Shown: in pieces, positions 29,659 through 40,674 of the stretch
Layout of the letters: each line of letters starts with the position of its first letter
Numbering within the stretch: position 1 is the first letter of the stretch
Source: Comamonadaceae bacterium PBBC1
GTDB lineage: Bacteria > Pseudomonadota > Gammaproteobacteria > Burkholderiales > Burkholderiaceae_C
Assembly (NCBI GenBank): GCA_002256145.1
Contig: NKIP01000001.1
Location: forward strand, 130,090 to 194,089
Direction of reading: 5' to 3'
DNA length: 64,000 bases
Translations under genes and position numbers: made by a program
Notes under the pieces: model-generated
Told to the model about the DNA's origin: nothing
Seen by the model: only the letters and a program-made list of their open reading frames with translations
Database searches by the model: none

Positions 29659-30642
29659 TTACTTGACCAGGCCTACGGCCTTCATGGTCACACCCATTTC
29701 GGCATCGGACTTGGCCATGAATTTGGCCATGTCATCGGGTCCGCCATAAATCACGCCCAAGCCGCGACTGCTCATGAAGTCGTTGTATTCCTTGCTGGCC
29801 ACAGCCTTGCGCACGGCTTCGGCCAACTTGGTTTGAACCGGTGCTGGCAAGCCTTTGGGGGCCAGCACACCGCGCCAGGCCGCCATGGTCCAATTGCTGC
29901 CGGTGACAGATTTGAGGGTCGGCACATTGGGGTACAGCGTCGATGATTTGGCGTCCATGATGGCCAGGCTCTTGACCTTGCCCGCATCGATCAGCGAGCG
30001 GGCTTCGGGCAAGGACACTGGCGCCACCTCAACGCCCCCAGCCACCATGTCTTGCAAACCAGGCGCAGCACCGTTGCTGGGCACCCAAGGCAGCGCAGCA
30101 GGGTCGATTTTCTGATCGAGCAGCAAACCGGCAATGGCCAAATGCCAGATGCCGCCCTGGCCTGTGCCCGAGGCTTTGAACTTGCCGGGGTTGGCCTTGA
30201 TGGCGGCCAGCAAGTCGTTCACGTTTTTATAAGGTGAATCGGCACGCACCTGAATGCCTGCCGGGTCGGCATTGACCAGACCGATGGGGGTGTAAGAAGC
30301 GCCTGTCAGCTGGGTCAGGCCCTGCCAATGCATCATGCCGATTTCGACCGTGGCCAAACCGATGGTGTAGCCGTCAGCGGGTGCAGAAGCAATGGCCGCA
30401 TGGCCCACCACGCCGCTGCCGCCTGTGCGGTTGACGACGGTGACAGGTTGACCCAAGTCTTTTTCGAGCAAGCTGGCCACGATGCGGGCCACCGCGTCGG
30501 TGCCACCGCCTGCGCCCCAGGGCACGATCATGGTGATGGGGCGAGTGGGGTAATTTTGCGCGGCTGCAGGCACAGCGGCTGCCAAACAAGCCAAGCCAGC
30601 AACAACACTGGCCACCAAAGTACGACGCGAGCGATTGAACAT
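29659..30642 (-). CDS. tctC: Tripartite tricarboxylate transporter substrate-binding protein
   Basis: YPTRPITMIVPWGAGGGTD, NRTGGSGVVG. Confidence 0.92.
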   Translation of the reverse strand: MFNRSRRTLVASVVAGLACLAAAVPAAAQNYPTRPITMIVPWGAGGGTDAVARIVASLLEKDLGQPVTVVNRTGGSGVVGHAAIASAPADGYTIGLATVEIGMMHWQGLTQLTGASYTPIGLVNADPAGIQVRADSPYKNVNDLLAAIKANPGKFKASGTGQGGIWHLAIAGLLLDQKIDPAALPWVPSNGAAPGLQDMVAGGVEVAPVSLPEARSLIDAGKVKSLAIMDAKSSTLYPNVPTLKSVTGSNWTMAAWRGVLAPKGLPAPVQTKLAEAVRKAVASKEYNDFMSSRGLGVIYGGPDDMAKFMAKSDAEMGVTMKAVGLVK

Positions 30643-30712
30643 GGGTGTCTCCTTTTGATTTGTACAGCTGGGCCCAAAAGGACCTGCTGCATCAAAATTT
30701 ATACCCAACCGA

Positions 30713-30723
30713 TGGTCATACCA
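30713..30723. promoter_or_regulatory. Putative FadR-subfamily GntR operator (TGGT-N3-ACCA)
   Basis: TGGTCATACCA about 70 bp upstream of tctC, resembling PdhR/LldR/GlcC-type boxes. Confidence 0.5.
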
Positions 30724-30779
30724 ATAGGGTCAACCTCATTCCAAGTAACACTGGCGACTGCCTTGGTGCCTCACACGAC

Positions 30780-31991
30780 TCAGTCGACCTTGGCACCGGC
30801 CTGAAACCAGCGGCCGATCAAGGCGCGTTCTTCGTCGGTGATGCCTGTGCTGTTGTTCATGGGCATTTGTTTGGTGACCACCACTTGCTGGTAGACGTTT
30901 TGTGCGTGTTGCTTGACCAACTCAGGGCTGTCCAAACGCACGTTTTTCATTTGCACCTGTTCACCGTGGCACATGTAGCAACGTTGCTCAATCACGGTTT
31001 TGACCTGAGCAAAAACCACAGGCGCTGCGGGCGCGGCTGAGGCCACGGGCGCCGCGGGCTTCAGGGCCACGATCACGCCTGCAATCAGCACCACACCCAC
31101 AGCAGCAAAAGGCCATGGGTTCGCGGCGCGACCCAAGTGATAACCGTGGCGCTGCACAAAGAACTGACGAATCAAGGCCCCGGCAAACATCATCACAAAC
31201 AGCAACACCCAGCGGTGTTCGTGTGTGTACAAAAAGCTGTAGTGGTTGGACAGCATGGCAAAGATGACGGGCAACGTGAAATAGGTGTTGTGCACGCTGC
31301 GCTGCTTGCCGCGCTTGCCGTGAATGGCCAAGGCATTGGCGTCATACGCTTGGCCACTGGTCATGGCCGCCACCACTTTGCGCTGGCCGGGGATGATCCA
31401 GAAAAACACGTTGGCGCTCATGGCGGTGGCAATCATCGCTCCCACCAACAAAAAGGCGGCGCGGCCTGCAAACAGTTCGTTGGCCAACCACGATGAACAT
31501 GCCACCACCACGATCATCAATCCCGCGACGATCAGTTCACCGTTTTTGCGAAAACCAAATACACGGCAAACAATGTCGTAAACGATCCAGAACGCCACCA
31601 ACATGCCAACAGCAGCCGAGCCTGCGACCACGGGGGTCCAGTCCATCAGCGATTTGTCGATCAGGAAAGTGCCCGCGTTGTAGAGGTAAAGCACGGTGAA
31701 CAGCGCAAAACCGCTGAGCCAGGTGGAGTAACTTTCCCAATAGAACCAGTGCAGCTTGGTGTGGATGATTTTGGGGGCTACCATGTACTTTTGCGGGTTG
31801 TAAAAACCGCCCCCGTGCACCGCCCACATCGCGCCCCCGACGCCTTTTTCAAGCAGGTCGGGTGAGTTGGGTTTTTGCAGGTTGTTGTCCAGAAAGACAA
31901 AGTAGAACGAGGAGCCAATCCAGGCGATGGCGGTGATGACATGCACCCATCGCAGCAACAAATTGGCCCATTCCAGAAAATACGATTCCAT
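30780..31991 (-). CDS. puuD: Membrane urate hydroxylase PuuD (DUF989 plus cytochrome c)
   Basis: LRWVHVITAIAWIGSSFYF, LHWFYWESYSTW, RSVHNTYFTLP; C-terminal CYMCH haem motif. Confidence 0.92.
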   Translation of the reverse strand: MESYFLEWANLLLRWVHVITAIAWIGSSFYFVFLDNNLQKPNSPDLLEKGVGGAMWAVHGGGFYNPQKYMVAPKIIHTKLHWFYWESYSTWLSGFALFTVLYLYNAGTFLIDKSLMDWTPVVAGSAAVGMLVAFWIVYDIVCRVFGFRKNGELIVAGLMIVVVACSSWLANELFAGRAAFLLVGAMIATAMSANVFFWIIPGQRKVVAAMTSGQAYDANALAIHGKRGKQRSVHNTYFTLPVIFAMLSNHYSFLYTHEHRWVLLFVMMFAGALIRQFFVQRHGYHLGRAANPWPFAAVGVVLIAGVIVALKPAAPVASAAPAAPVVFAQVKTVIEQRCYMCHGEQVQMKNVRLDSPELVKQHAQNVYQQVVVTKQMPMNNSTGITDEERALIGRWFQAGAKVD

Positions 31992-32087
31992 GAAGGATCT
32001 CCAACCTGCTCACCACCGCGGGCCCTGTGAGCGGGTATTCGGTCGCGAACATGAATCCAAGAATTCTTGCGCCGCTGCGACCAGTGC

Positions 32088-32108
32088 ACCGAAGTGTATA
32101 CAGTTTTG
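32088..32108 (-). promoter_or_regulatory. Shared 21-bp operator/promoter, copy upstream of puuD
   Basis: ACCGAAGTGTATACAGTTTTG, 20/21 identical to 46036-46056; core palindrome TGTATACA. Confidence 0.75.
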
Positions 32109-32166
32109 ACTTGGGAATCCAGCGCTTCAGCTCCCAATAGACTCAGGGAAAACGAGTGTCCGCGAT

Positions 32167-32970
32167 TCAGTTCACTTGCAAGAGTTGTGCCGCCACCGCC
32201 ACGGCAATGACTTCGGGCTCTTTGCCCGTGATGCCCGGCACCCCAATGGGGCAGGTGATGCGTGCGATTTCTTCGGCGCTAAAGCCACGCTCTTGTAGCC
32301 GGTGGCGAAAAGTAGCCCATTTGGTGGCACTGCCAATCAGGCCCACAAAAGGCAAATCATTGTGGGCACGCAGGCGCTTGAGGCACGCCACCACGATGTC
32401 GAGGTCTTCGGCGTGGCTAAAGCTCATGATCAAGACCCGGCTGCCCGCAGCCAGGTCGGCCACGGCGGCCTGCACCGGATTGGAGTGTTCACAGTCCACA
32501 CCATCGGGCACATCGGTCGGGAATATTTCGTCGCGACTGTCCACCCAACGCACCGCAAAGGGCAAGGGGGCCAATGCTTGTACCAAAGCCTTGCCCACAT
32601 GCCCCCCACCAAACAGTGCCACAGGGGTGCGCGGGGGCATCAACAAAGTGCGCAAACGTGCCACATCGGCCCCACCCACCCGTTCAAAAACCAAGGCCAC
32701 CACTCCGCCGCAGCACTGGCCCAAACTGGGACCCAGCACTTGGCGCAAGGTCATTTGTTCGGTCTGCCCAGCCAACAAACGACGCGCATGCGCCAGAGCC
32801 TGAAACTCCAGATGCCCGCCCCCAATCGTGCCTGCTTCGCCCTGGGCAAACACCAGCATGTGGGTGCCTGGACCGCGGGGCACAGACCCTTGAGTGGCAG
32901 CCACACTGACCCGAACACCGGGCTCCTCATCCAACCGACTCAAAGCCAAAACCATCCAATTCACACACAT
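32167..32970 (-). CDS. xdhC: Xanthine dehydrogenase accessory protein XdhC
   Basis: GSVPRGPG, TIGGGHLE, LGQCCGG, FVGLIGSATK, CPIGVPGITGKEPEVIA. Confidence 0.93.
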   Translation of the reverse strand: MCVNWMVLALSRLDEEPGVRVSVAATQGSVPRGPGTHMLVFAQGEAGTIGGGHLEFQALAHARRLLAGQTEQMTLRQVLGPSLGQCCGGVVALVFERVGGADVARLRTLLMPPRTPVALFGGGHVGKALVQALAPLPFAVRWVDSRDEIFPTDVPDGVDCEHSNPVQAAVADLAAGSRVLIMSFSHAEDLDIVVACLKRLRAHNDLPFVGLIGSATKWATFRHRLQERGFSAEEIARITCPIGVPGITGKEPEVIAVAVAAQLLQVN

Positions 32971-33057
32971 TCCTTAGAAAAGGCCACACTCGCCTTGTAT
33001 AGCAAGAATGACACAATAGACACCACAATCCGAGTATGCCAAGGAGCACCTATCTCC

Positions 33058-33606
33058 ATGAAATCAGTTGATGCATTAAAAATGAGCTGCAAGGCCACCT
33101 TCTTGGGCATGGCCACATTGATTCTGGCCTGGCTGGCTGGGTGCAGTGCCACAAAAGTGGATGAGCCGTCAACCCAGCCCAGCCCCAAACCCCCTGAAAC
33201 CCAGTCGCGTGTCATAGTGCCTTTGCCAGTACCTGCACAACGACCAGTCGACATCATCAAAAACAGTTCGGCAGCGAGAAACGCCAAAGACTACCGAAAA
33301 GATGCAGCCAGTCATCTTTACACCCAACACAGTCAACACATCTACAAAGGCCGCCTTCCACCCATGCTGGAAGCTGTGGGCGTGCTCAATGTGGACATTG
33401 ACCGACACGGTGCAGTCAAATCGGTGAACTGGACTCGAGCGCCCAAGCATGTGCCCCATGTGATGCAGGAAATCGAACGCTTGGTCAAGGCTGCAGCCCC
33501 CTACCCGGTCCCTCAAAACCTGAGTCAGGTGACGTACACCGATGTGTGGCTGTGGCACAAAAGTGGCAAATTCCAGCTTGACACCCTGACCGAAGGCCAA
33601 GACTGA
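33058..33606 (+). CDS. Hypothetical lipoprotein (TonB C-terminal-like)
   Basis: Lipobox LAGC, Pro-rich linker, C-terminal ...DVWLWHKSGKFQLDTL; C-terminal part of track ORF 32302..33606. Confidence 0.65.
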   Translation: MKSVDALKMSCKATFLGMATLILAWLAGCSATKVDEPSTQPSPKPPETQSRVIVPLPVPAQRPVDIIKNSSAARNAKDYRKDAASHLYTQHSQHIYKGRLPPMLEAVGVLNVDIDRHGAVKSVNWTRAPKHVPHVMQEIERLVKAAAPYPVPQNLSQVTYTDVWLWHKSGKFQLDTLTEGQD

Positions 33607-33660
33607 ACACCGACACCCATCCACCAGCAGGCCACTGAGCAAGGACCCCACTGGCGGGGT

Positions 33661-34884
33661 TCAGGCCAGGGTCTTTTCGTGAGCTGCTCCTGGCAGCAAA
33701 GTCAAAATGAGCGTGGTGGCCACCGAAAAACCCGCCAACATTAAGAGCGAGTTGCCAAAGCCCATGGCCTTGACGACCGGCCCCAAAGCCCAGACCGACA
33801 AGGAGCTGACTGCGAACGACACGCCCAAGCGCATGCCCGACACGCGCGAACGCAGGCGGTCGTCCACATAGCGGGCGATCATGAAATCGGTAAACGGGAT
33901 CGCCCCGAAGATGAACACCATCACCCCAATGAGCGCCGCAAACAGCCACCAGCCTTGTGCCTGCGAGGCCAGCACCAGCATGGGGATCTGCGCCAAGACC
34001 ATGAACATAAAAAAACGCTTGAGAGGAAACCTGTTGATCAAGTGCCCCACCACCACTTGGGCGACTGAGGCCACGGCGTAGACCAGAGCCAGCAAGAAGC
34101 CCAAGCTGGCCGGGTCTTCCATGACCCCCTTGAAGCGCTCGGTGATCAAAGGCCCATTGCCGTTGGTGGTGAAGTTGAACAACACACTGCTGGTCACCGC
34201 CGCTGCCGTCATGACCACCATGGCCCGCATCAGCAAGGGCGCGGGCAGACTCACCTTGGCCCCGCCCTTGCGTTTGGCGGGCGACGACAGCTCTTGAGGG
34301 CAGGCGCGGGCAAACAGCCATCCGCACAGCAGTGCCACCAAACCGGGTAAAACAAAAGCCGCACGCCAGCCTTGCCACTGGATCAAAAAGCCGGTGAGCA
34401 AGGCGGCCACGGCCACGCCCAGATTGCCTGAGAGACCGTTGAAGCCAATGGTCGCACCCGGGTTGGACGAGCGCTCCAGCAGCATGGGTATGCCCACCGG
34501 GTGGTAAATGGATGCAAACACGCCGATCAGCGTCAAGCAACCGGCCAACTGCCAAGGCGTTTGCGCAAAGGCTGTGAGGATGGAGGCCGCGCCAATGCCA
34601 AAAAAGAAGACCAGCATCATGCTGCGGCGGCCCCATAAATCGCCCAAGCGCCCGGCGGGCAAAGAACCCAGACCGAACATGAAAAACGCACCCGCACCGT
34701 AAGGCATGAGGTCTTGCCATTGGGCCATGCCCATGTCGAGGGCGATGGTGGTGACTGCCGCCGCAAAAATCAGCAAAAACAAATGGTCCAGCGCGTGCGC
34801 GATGTTGAGCAGGCCCCGCACCATGCGGGGATGGTCGGTGGCTTGTTCGGGCACGGGGGCGGCAGAAGGGGACAAGGTCGTCAT
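33661..34884 (-). CDS. MFS transporter
   Basis: AGRLGDLWGRR motif A, about 12 TM segments. Confidence 0.9.
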   Translation of the reverse strand: MTTLSPSAAPVPEQATDHPRMVRGLLNIAHALDHLFLLIFAAAVTTIALDMGMAQWQDLMPYGAGAFFMFGLGSLPAGRLGDLWGRRSMMLVFFFGIGAASILTAFAQTPWQLAGCLTLIGVFASIYHPVGIPMLLERSSNPGATIGFNGLSGNLGVAVAALLTGFLIQWQGWRAAFVLPGLVALLCGWLFARACPQELSSPAKRKGGAKVSLPAPLLMRAMVVMTAAAVTSSVLFNFTTNGNGPLITERFKGVMEDPASLGFLLALVYAVASVAQVVVGHLINRFPLKRFFMFMVLAQIPMLVLASQAQGWWLFAALIGVMVFIFGAIPFTDFMIARYVDDRLRSRVSGMRLGVSFAVSSLSVWALGPVVKAMGFGNSLLMLAGFSVATTLILTLLPGAAHEKTLA

Positions 34885-34996
34885 GGTCAATTTCAATGTT
34901 CAGGCCAAGTGTTTACCTCAACCAACAGGCACCAACACTGTGCGCCCAAGGCCGTTTTAACGCTGTCGCTTTGGTCACAGCGGGGATGCGTTGCAC

Positions 34997-36265
34997 TCAC
35001 AAAGGTGCGTTGGCTGGGGCTTTGGCGTCCCAGATGTGCGCCCGCCAATACACCGCCATGGCACCCGTAAGGAGCAGGCCCAGGGCCGAATACGCCCCCG
35101 CCGTGGCGGCATAGCCCCAGCGGTCAATCAAGGGGCCCGACAGCAACAAACCCAAAGGCAGACCCCAGATCGCCAGCATGCGCATGCCCATCACGCGGCC
35201 CCGATAGGCGGGCTCGGTCACGCGCAGCATCACGGCCGCCAGCGGCGTCATGCTCAGGCTTTGGGCCAGGCCAGCCACCCACAACAAGGCCATGCCCACG
35301 CCCAGATGCGTACTGAAGGCCAGCAGCACATCCACTGCAAACCACACCGCCCCCGCCAGCACCATGGTTTGCGCGGCGCGAAAAGCAAAGCGGTGCGAAC
35401 TGAGCACCACCGAGCCCACCAGGCCCCCAAAGGCAAAGCTGGCCCCCAGCCAGCCCAGGCCCGTCTGGTCGGTCAGGTAAATTTTTTTGGCCACATAGGG
35501 CAACAAACCCAAAGAGAAGGGAAAGGCCAGCAGGTTGACCAAGAACGCCAAGGCCATGGCCGCCATCAGCACCGGGCGCGTCCACACATAGCCAAAAGCC
35601 AGCTGCAAGTCGCGCACGGGCGACACGCGCACGGTGTCATGGGCTGGGGCGGGCACGTCCGACACCCCGCGAGACAGCACAAAGCTGAGCGTGTAAAGCG
35701 CCGTGATCAGAGCATAGGCCCAGGTCATGCCCAGCCAAGCGACCACGCCTGCGCCCGCCAGTGCACCCGCAATGCGGGCCGAATCCGAGGTGATGCGCGA
35801 AATGCCCAAGGTGCCCAGCAAATGCCGGGGCGGCAGGGTCTGCGCGATCAGGGCGTTGCGCATCATCATGTCCGAGGGGCGCACCAGGCCCGCCAAGGCC
35901 GCCATGCACAACACGATCAATGGGGTGAGTGCTTGCAACCAAGCCAGCAGCATGAAGGTGGCGGCCAGCGCCGCATACAAGGCACGCGACAGGACCAGCA
36001 TGCGCCGATAACCCAGCCTGTCACCCACCACGCCAAACATGGGAGAAACCAATGAGCCCAGGTATTGCAATGAGCCAAAGACCACCAGCATCATCACCGA
36101 GCCCGACTCGACCAGGATGAACCAGCCCAGCACGATGGACTCCATCTCGAAGGCCCAGGAGGTGGCCAGGTCGGCAGGCCATTGAAATCGGAAACTCCGG
36201 ACCCGGAACGGGTCACGCCAGTGCATGGCGGGTGGGGATTCAGCCGTCGGCGTGGCCTCGCTCAC
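34997..36265 (-). CDS. MFS transporter
   Basis: GVVGDRLGYRR motif A, about 12 TM segments; start codon approximate. Confidence 0.88.
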   Translation of the reverse strand: MSEATPTAESPPAMHWRDPFRVRSFRFQWPADLATSWAFEMESIVLGWFILVESGSVMMLVVFGSLQYLGSLVSPMFGVVGDRLGYRRMLVLSRALYAALAATFMLLAWLQALTPLIVLCMAALAGLVRPSDMMMRNALIAQTLPPRHLLGTLGISRITSDSARIAGALAGAGVVAWLGMTWAYALITALYTLSFVLSRGVSDVPAPAHDTVRVSPVRDLQLAFGYVWTRPVLMAAMALAFLVNLLAFPFSLGLLPYVAKKIYLTDQTGLGWLGASFAFGGLVGSVVLSSHRFAFRAAQTMVLAGAVWFAVDVLLAFSTHLGVGMALLWVAGLAQSLSMTPLAAVMLRVTEPAYRGRVMGMRMLAIWGLPLGLLLSGPLIDRWGYAATAGAYSALGLLLTGAMAVYWRAHIWDAKAPANAPL

Positions 36266-36343
36266 GGCCGTGGTCCTGTGCAGAGCAAAGTGTGGGGAAA
36301 CAGCGCACCGCGGCCGGGGCACGGGTGCAGGCCGCTCATGCGC

Positions 36344-36526
36344 TCAATCCTGCCCGGCGCGAGGCGACTGTGGGGAGGTGTCGCTCTTGGCCAGGCGGTC
36401 TGGCTGCGCCGCAGGCTCGGGCATGAAACACATCTTCTCACCATCCCAACGCTGGCCGCACCAGCACAGGCCTTCGGCGTTGATGATGCAAGTGCCGGTG
36501 CCGCAGCACCGTGGATCGTCTGACAT
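36344..36526 (-). CDS. Small cysteine-rich protein (60 aa)
   Basis: MSDDPRCCGTGTCIINAEGLCWCGQRWDGEKMC; AGGAG RBS upstream; lies in the xdhAB operon. Confidence 0.7.
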   Translation of the reverse strand: MSDDPRCCGTGTCIINAEGLCWCGQRWDGEKMCFMPEPAAQPDRLAKSDTSPQSPRAGQD

Positions 36527-36601
36527 GGGCCTGCTCCTGTGGGCTGTTGGGATCAAAGTGACAGGATGCCTGAAACCATTTCAGGCATCTGGCTCAAAGC
36601 C

Positions 36602-38962
36602 TCACAGCCCTGCAGTGGCCTTGGCTTTTTCGCACGCCATCAGGATGCGCTCGGGCGTGGCCGGAGCGTCCATGTACACCACGGCTTTGTGGTCGGCGCT
36701 GGCCGCCACCGCATCGCGCAAGGCGAAGAAGGCCGACAAGCCCAGCATCAAAGGCGGCTCGCCCGTGGCTTTGCTGTTGAACGGGGTGGGCTTCAAGTTG
36801 GCGTTGTCGAACAGGGTCACATTGAAGTGCTCAGGAATGTCGCCCGCCACCGGAATTTTGTAAGTGCTCGGGCCGTGTGTGAGCAGCTTGCCCTTCTTGT
36901 CCCAAATGCACTCTTCCATGGTCAGCCAGCCCATGCCTTGCACATACGCGCCTTCGATCTGGCCTTTGTCCAATGCGGGGTTGATGCTGCGGCCCACGTC
37001 GTGCACGATGTCCACGGCCTTGAGCCACCACTCACCCGTGCGGGTGTCGATTTCCACTTCGCTCACGGCCGCGCCGTAGCAGTAGTAATAGAACGCGCGG
37101 CCATTCAGGGTGGCGAAGTCGTATTTGATTTCAGGCGTCATGTAGAAACCCGTGACCGACAAGCCGACACGTTCCATGTACGCTTGTTTGGTCACATCGG
37201 CCCACTTCACAGCCTTACTACCGCCGTGGACTTCGTTGTTCGCGAAAGTCACATCACCTTCGGCGCAGCCCAGCATGCGGGCCGCCACGGGCTTCAAGCG
37301 CTCACGCATCTGCATGGTGGCGTTCATGATGGCCGCGCCGTTGATGTCGGCACCGCTCGAAGCGGAGGTAGCCGACGCGTTGGGCACTTTTTGCGAATCG
37401 GTCGCAGTGATGCGCACATGGTCCACGCTGATGCCCAAGCCATCGGCGCAGACTTGCGCCATCTTGGTGTTGAGGCCCTGGCCCATTTCGGTGCCGCCGT
37501 GGTTGCAACTGACCGAGCCATCCATGTAGACCACGAGCAGCGCGCCGCCCTGGTTCAGGTGCGTGGCGGTGAAGCTGATGCCGAACTTGAGCGGCACCAG
37601 GGCCAAACCACGCTTGCGGGTTTTGCTCTTGGCGTTGAAGGCATGCACGGCGGCGCGGCGCTCGGCGTATTTGGATTCCTGCTCCACCTGGTCGATCACC
37701 TTGTCACCCACCCAGTCTTCAATCAACTGGTTGTACTGGGTGGTCATGGTGTCGGGCGTGCCGCTGATGGCCTGGTCTTTGTAAAGGTTGAGCTTGCGCA
37801 CTTGCAGTGGGTCTTTGCCCAAAGTCATGGCAATCTCGTCCATCACCGTCTCGATGCCGAACATACCCTGCGGGCCGCCGAAACCACGGAAAGCGGTGGC
37901 GCTTTGTGTGTTGGTTTTGCAGCGGTGGCTGACCAACTTCAAAGCGGGGATGTGATAGCTGTTGTCGATGTGCAAGCAAGCGCGGTCGTTGACGGGGCCG
38001 GAATAATCGGTGCTGTAGCCGCAGCGCGACATGAGCGTGATGTTGGCACCGAGCACGCGACCCGTGTCGTCAAAACCCACTTCGTAGTCGATGCGGAAAT
38101 CATGGCGCTTGCCGGTGATGGTCATGTCGTCGTCGCGGTTCACGCGCAGCTTGACGGGCTTTTGCAGCTTGTGCGCAGCCAAGGCGGCGCTTTGGCTGAA
38201 GATGCTGGCGTTGCCCTCTTTGCCACCAAAGCCGCCACCCATGCGGCGGCAGATCACCTCCACATCGTTGGTGTGCAGGTTCAGGGCGTGCGCGGCTTCG
38301 CGCTGGTTGCCGTCGGGGTGCTGGGTCGACACGTACAGCGTCAACTGGCCATCTTCTTTAGGCACCGCATAAGTGATCTGGCCTTCCAAATAGAACTGCT
38401 CTTGCTGACCGGTGTTGGTGCTGCCTTTGATTTTGTGCGGCGCATTGGCAATGGCTGCGGCGGCGTCACCGCGCGTGATGCCTTTGGGCGGCATGATGAA
38501 GCTGCCCGCCGCCATCGCCTCTTCGATGGTCAAGATGGGCGTGAGTTCTTTCACCAGCACCTTGGCTTTTTTGGCGGCTTCGCGGGCGTAGAGCATTTCA
38601 CGCGCCACGACCACGGCCACGGCCTGGCCGACAAACTCGACCTTGCCAGCAGCCAAGAACGGATCGTCGTGGATGATGGGGCCGCAGTTGTTTTCGCCGG
38701 GAATGTCTTTGGCGGTGTAGACCGCGACAACGCCGTGCTCCTTGAGGATAGCTGCGCGGTCAATGCCGTCACCAATCAACTCACCATGCGCCACGGGCGA
38801 CAAGATGAGTGCGGCATACAAAGTGCCTGCGTGCTCAGGGATGTCATCGATGTAAGTGGCAGAACCGGTCACATGCAGGTGCGCAGACTCATGCACCAGC
38901 TCTTTGCCCTGCTGAACGTCAGAAGCAGGCAACAGGTTTTTGATGGGGGTAGGAGCGTTCAT
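36602..38962 (-). CDS. xdhB: Xanthine dehydrogenase molybdopterin-binding subunit
   Basis: HESAHLHVTG, GGGFGGKE, AFRGFGGPQG, GTEMGQG, SKATGEPP. Confidence 0.95.
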   Translation of the reverse strand: MNAPTPIKNLLPASDVQQGKELVHESAHLHVTGSATYIDDIPEHAGTLYAALILSPVAHGELIGDGIDRAAILKEHGVVAVYTAKDIPGENNCGPIIHDDPFLAAGKVEFVGQAVAVVVAREMLYAREAAKKAKVLVKELTPILTIEEAMAAGSFIMPPKGITRGDAAAAIANAPHKIKGSTNTGQQEQFYLEGQITYAVPKEDGQLTLYVSTQHPDGNQREAAHALNLHTNDVEVICRRMGGGFGGKEGNASIFSQSAALAAHKLQKPVKLRVNRDDDMTITGKRHDFRIDYEVGFDDTGRVLGANITLMSRCGYSTDYSGPVNDRACLHIDNSYHIPALKLVSHRCKTNTQSATAFRGFGGPQGMFGIETVMDEIAMTLGKDPLQVRKLNLYKDQAISGTPDTMTTQYNQLIEDWVGDKVIDQVEQESKYAERRAAVHAFNAKSKTRKRGLALVPLKFGISFTATHLNQGGALLVVYMDGSVSCNHGGTEMGQGLNTKMAQVCADGLGISVDHVRITATDSQKVPNASATSASSGADINGAAIMNATMQMRERLKPVAARMLGCAEGDVTFANNEVHGGSKAVKWADVTKQAYMERVGLSVTGFYMTPEIKYDFATLNGRAFYYYCYGAAVSEVEIDTRTGEWWLKAVDIVHDVGRSINPALDKGQIEGAYVQGMGWLTMEECIWDKKGKLLTHGPSTYKIPVAGDIPEHFNVTLFDNANLKPTPFNSKATGEPPLMLGLSAFFALRDAVAASADHKAVVYMDAPATPERILMACEKAKATAGL

Positions 38963-40438
<1,476 letters not shown>

Positions 40439-40514
40439 GGTGCGGGGAGGTAAATAAACGGTAAGACTGCGATTCTAAAGAAGCATGGCCAGCATGGCAG
40501 GCTTTTTCGACGGA

Positions 40515-40674
40515 TTAATTGGGATCTGACCCCAATTAACCTTAATTGGGATCTGACCCCAATTAACCGCCGCATCGACAGGTCTGACTGGGCGGACTGA
40601 TTCACCGCCACCAATGAAAAGGGCCGCATGCTGAATTAATTGGGGTCAGTTAATTGGGGTCAGATCCCGATTAA
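40515..40674. repeat. Cluster of AT-flanked palindromic REP-like units TTAATTGGGATCTGACCCCAATTAA
   Basis: Two identical 25-bp units (40515-40539, 40542-40566), then an inverted 14-bp half unit (40636-40649) and an inverted full unit (40650-40674). Confidence 0.85.

Noticed and set aside
40515-40674. Possible CRISPR array
   Set aside because: Units are adjacent or inverted, there are no regular unique spacers and no cas genes; this fits a REP-like cluster.
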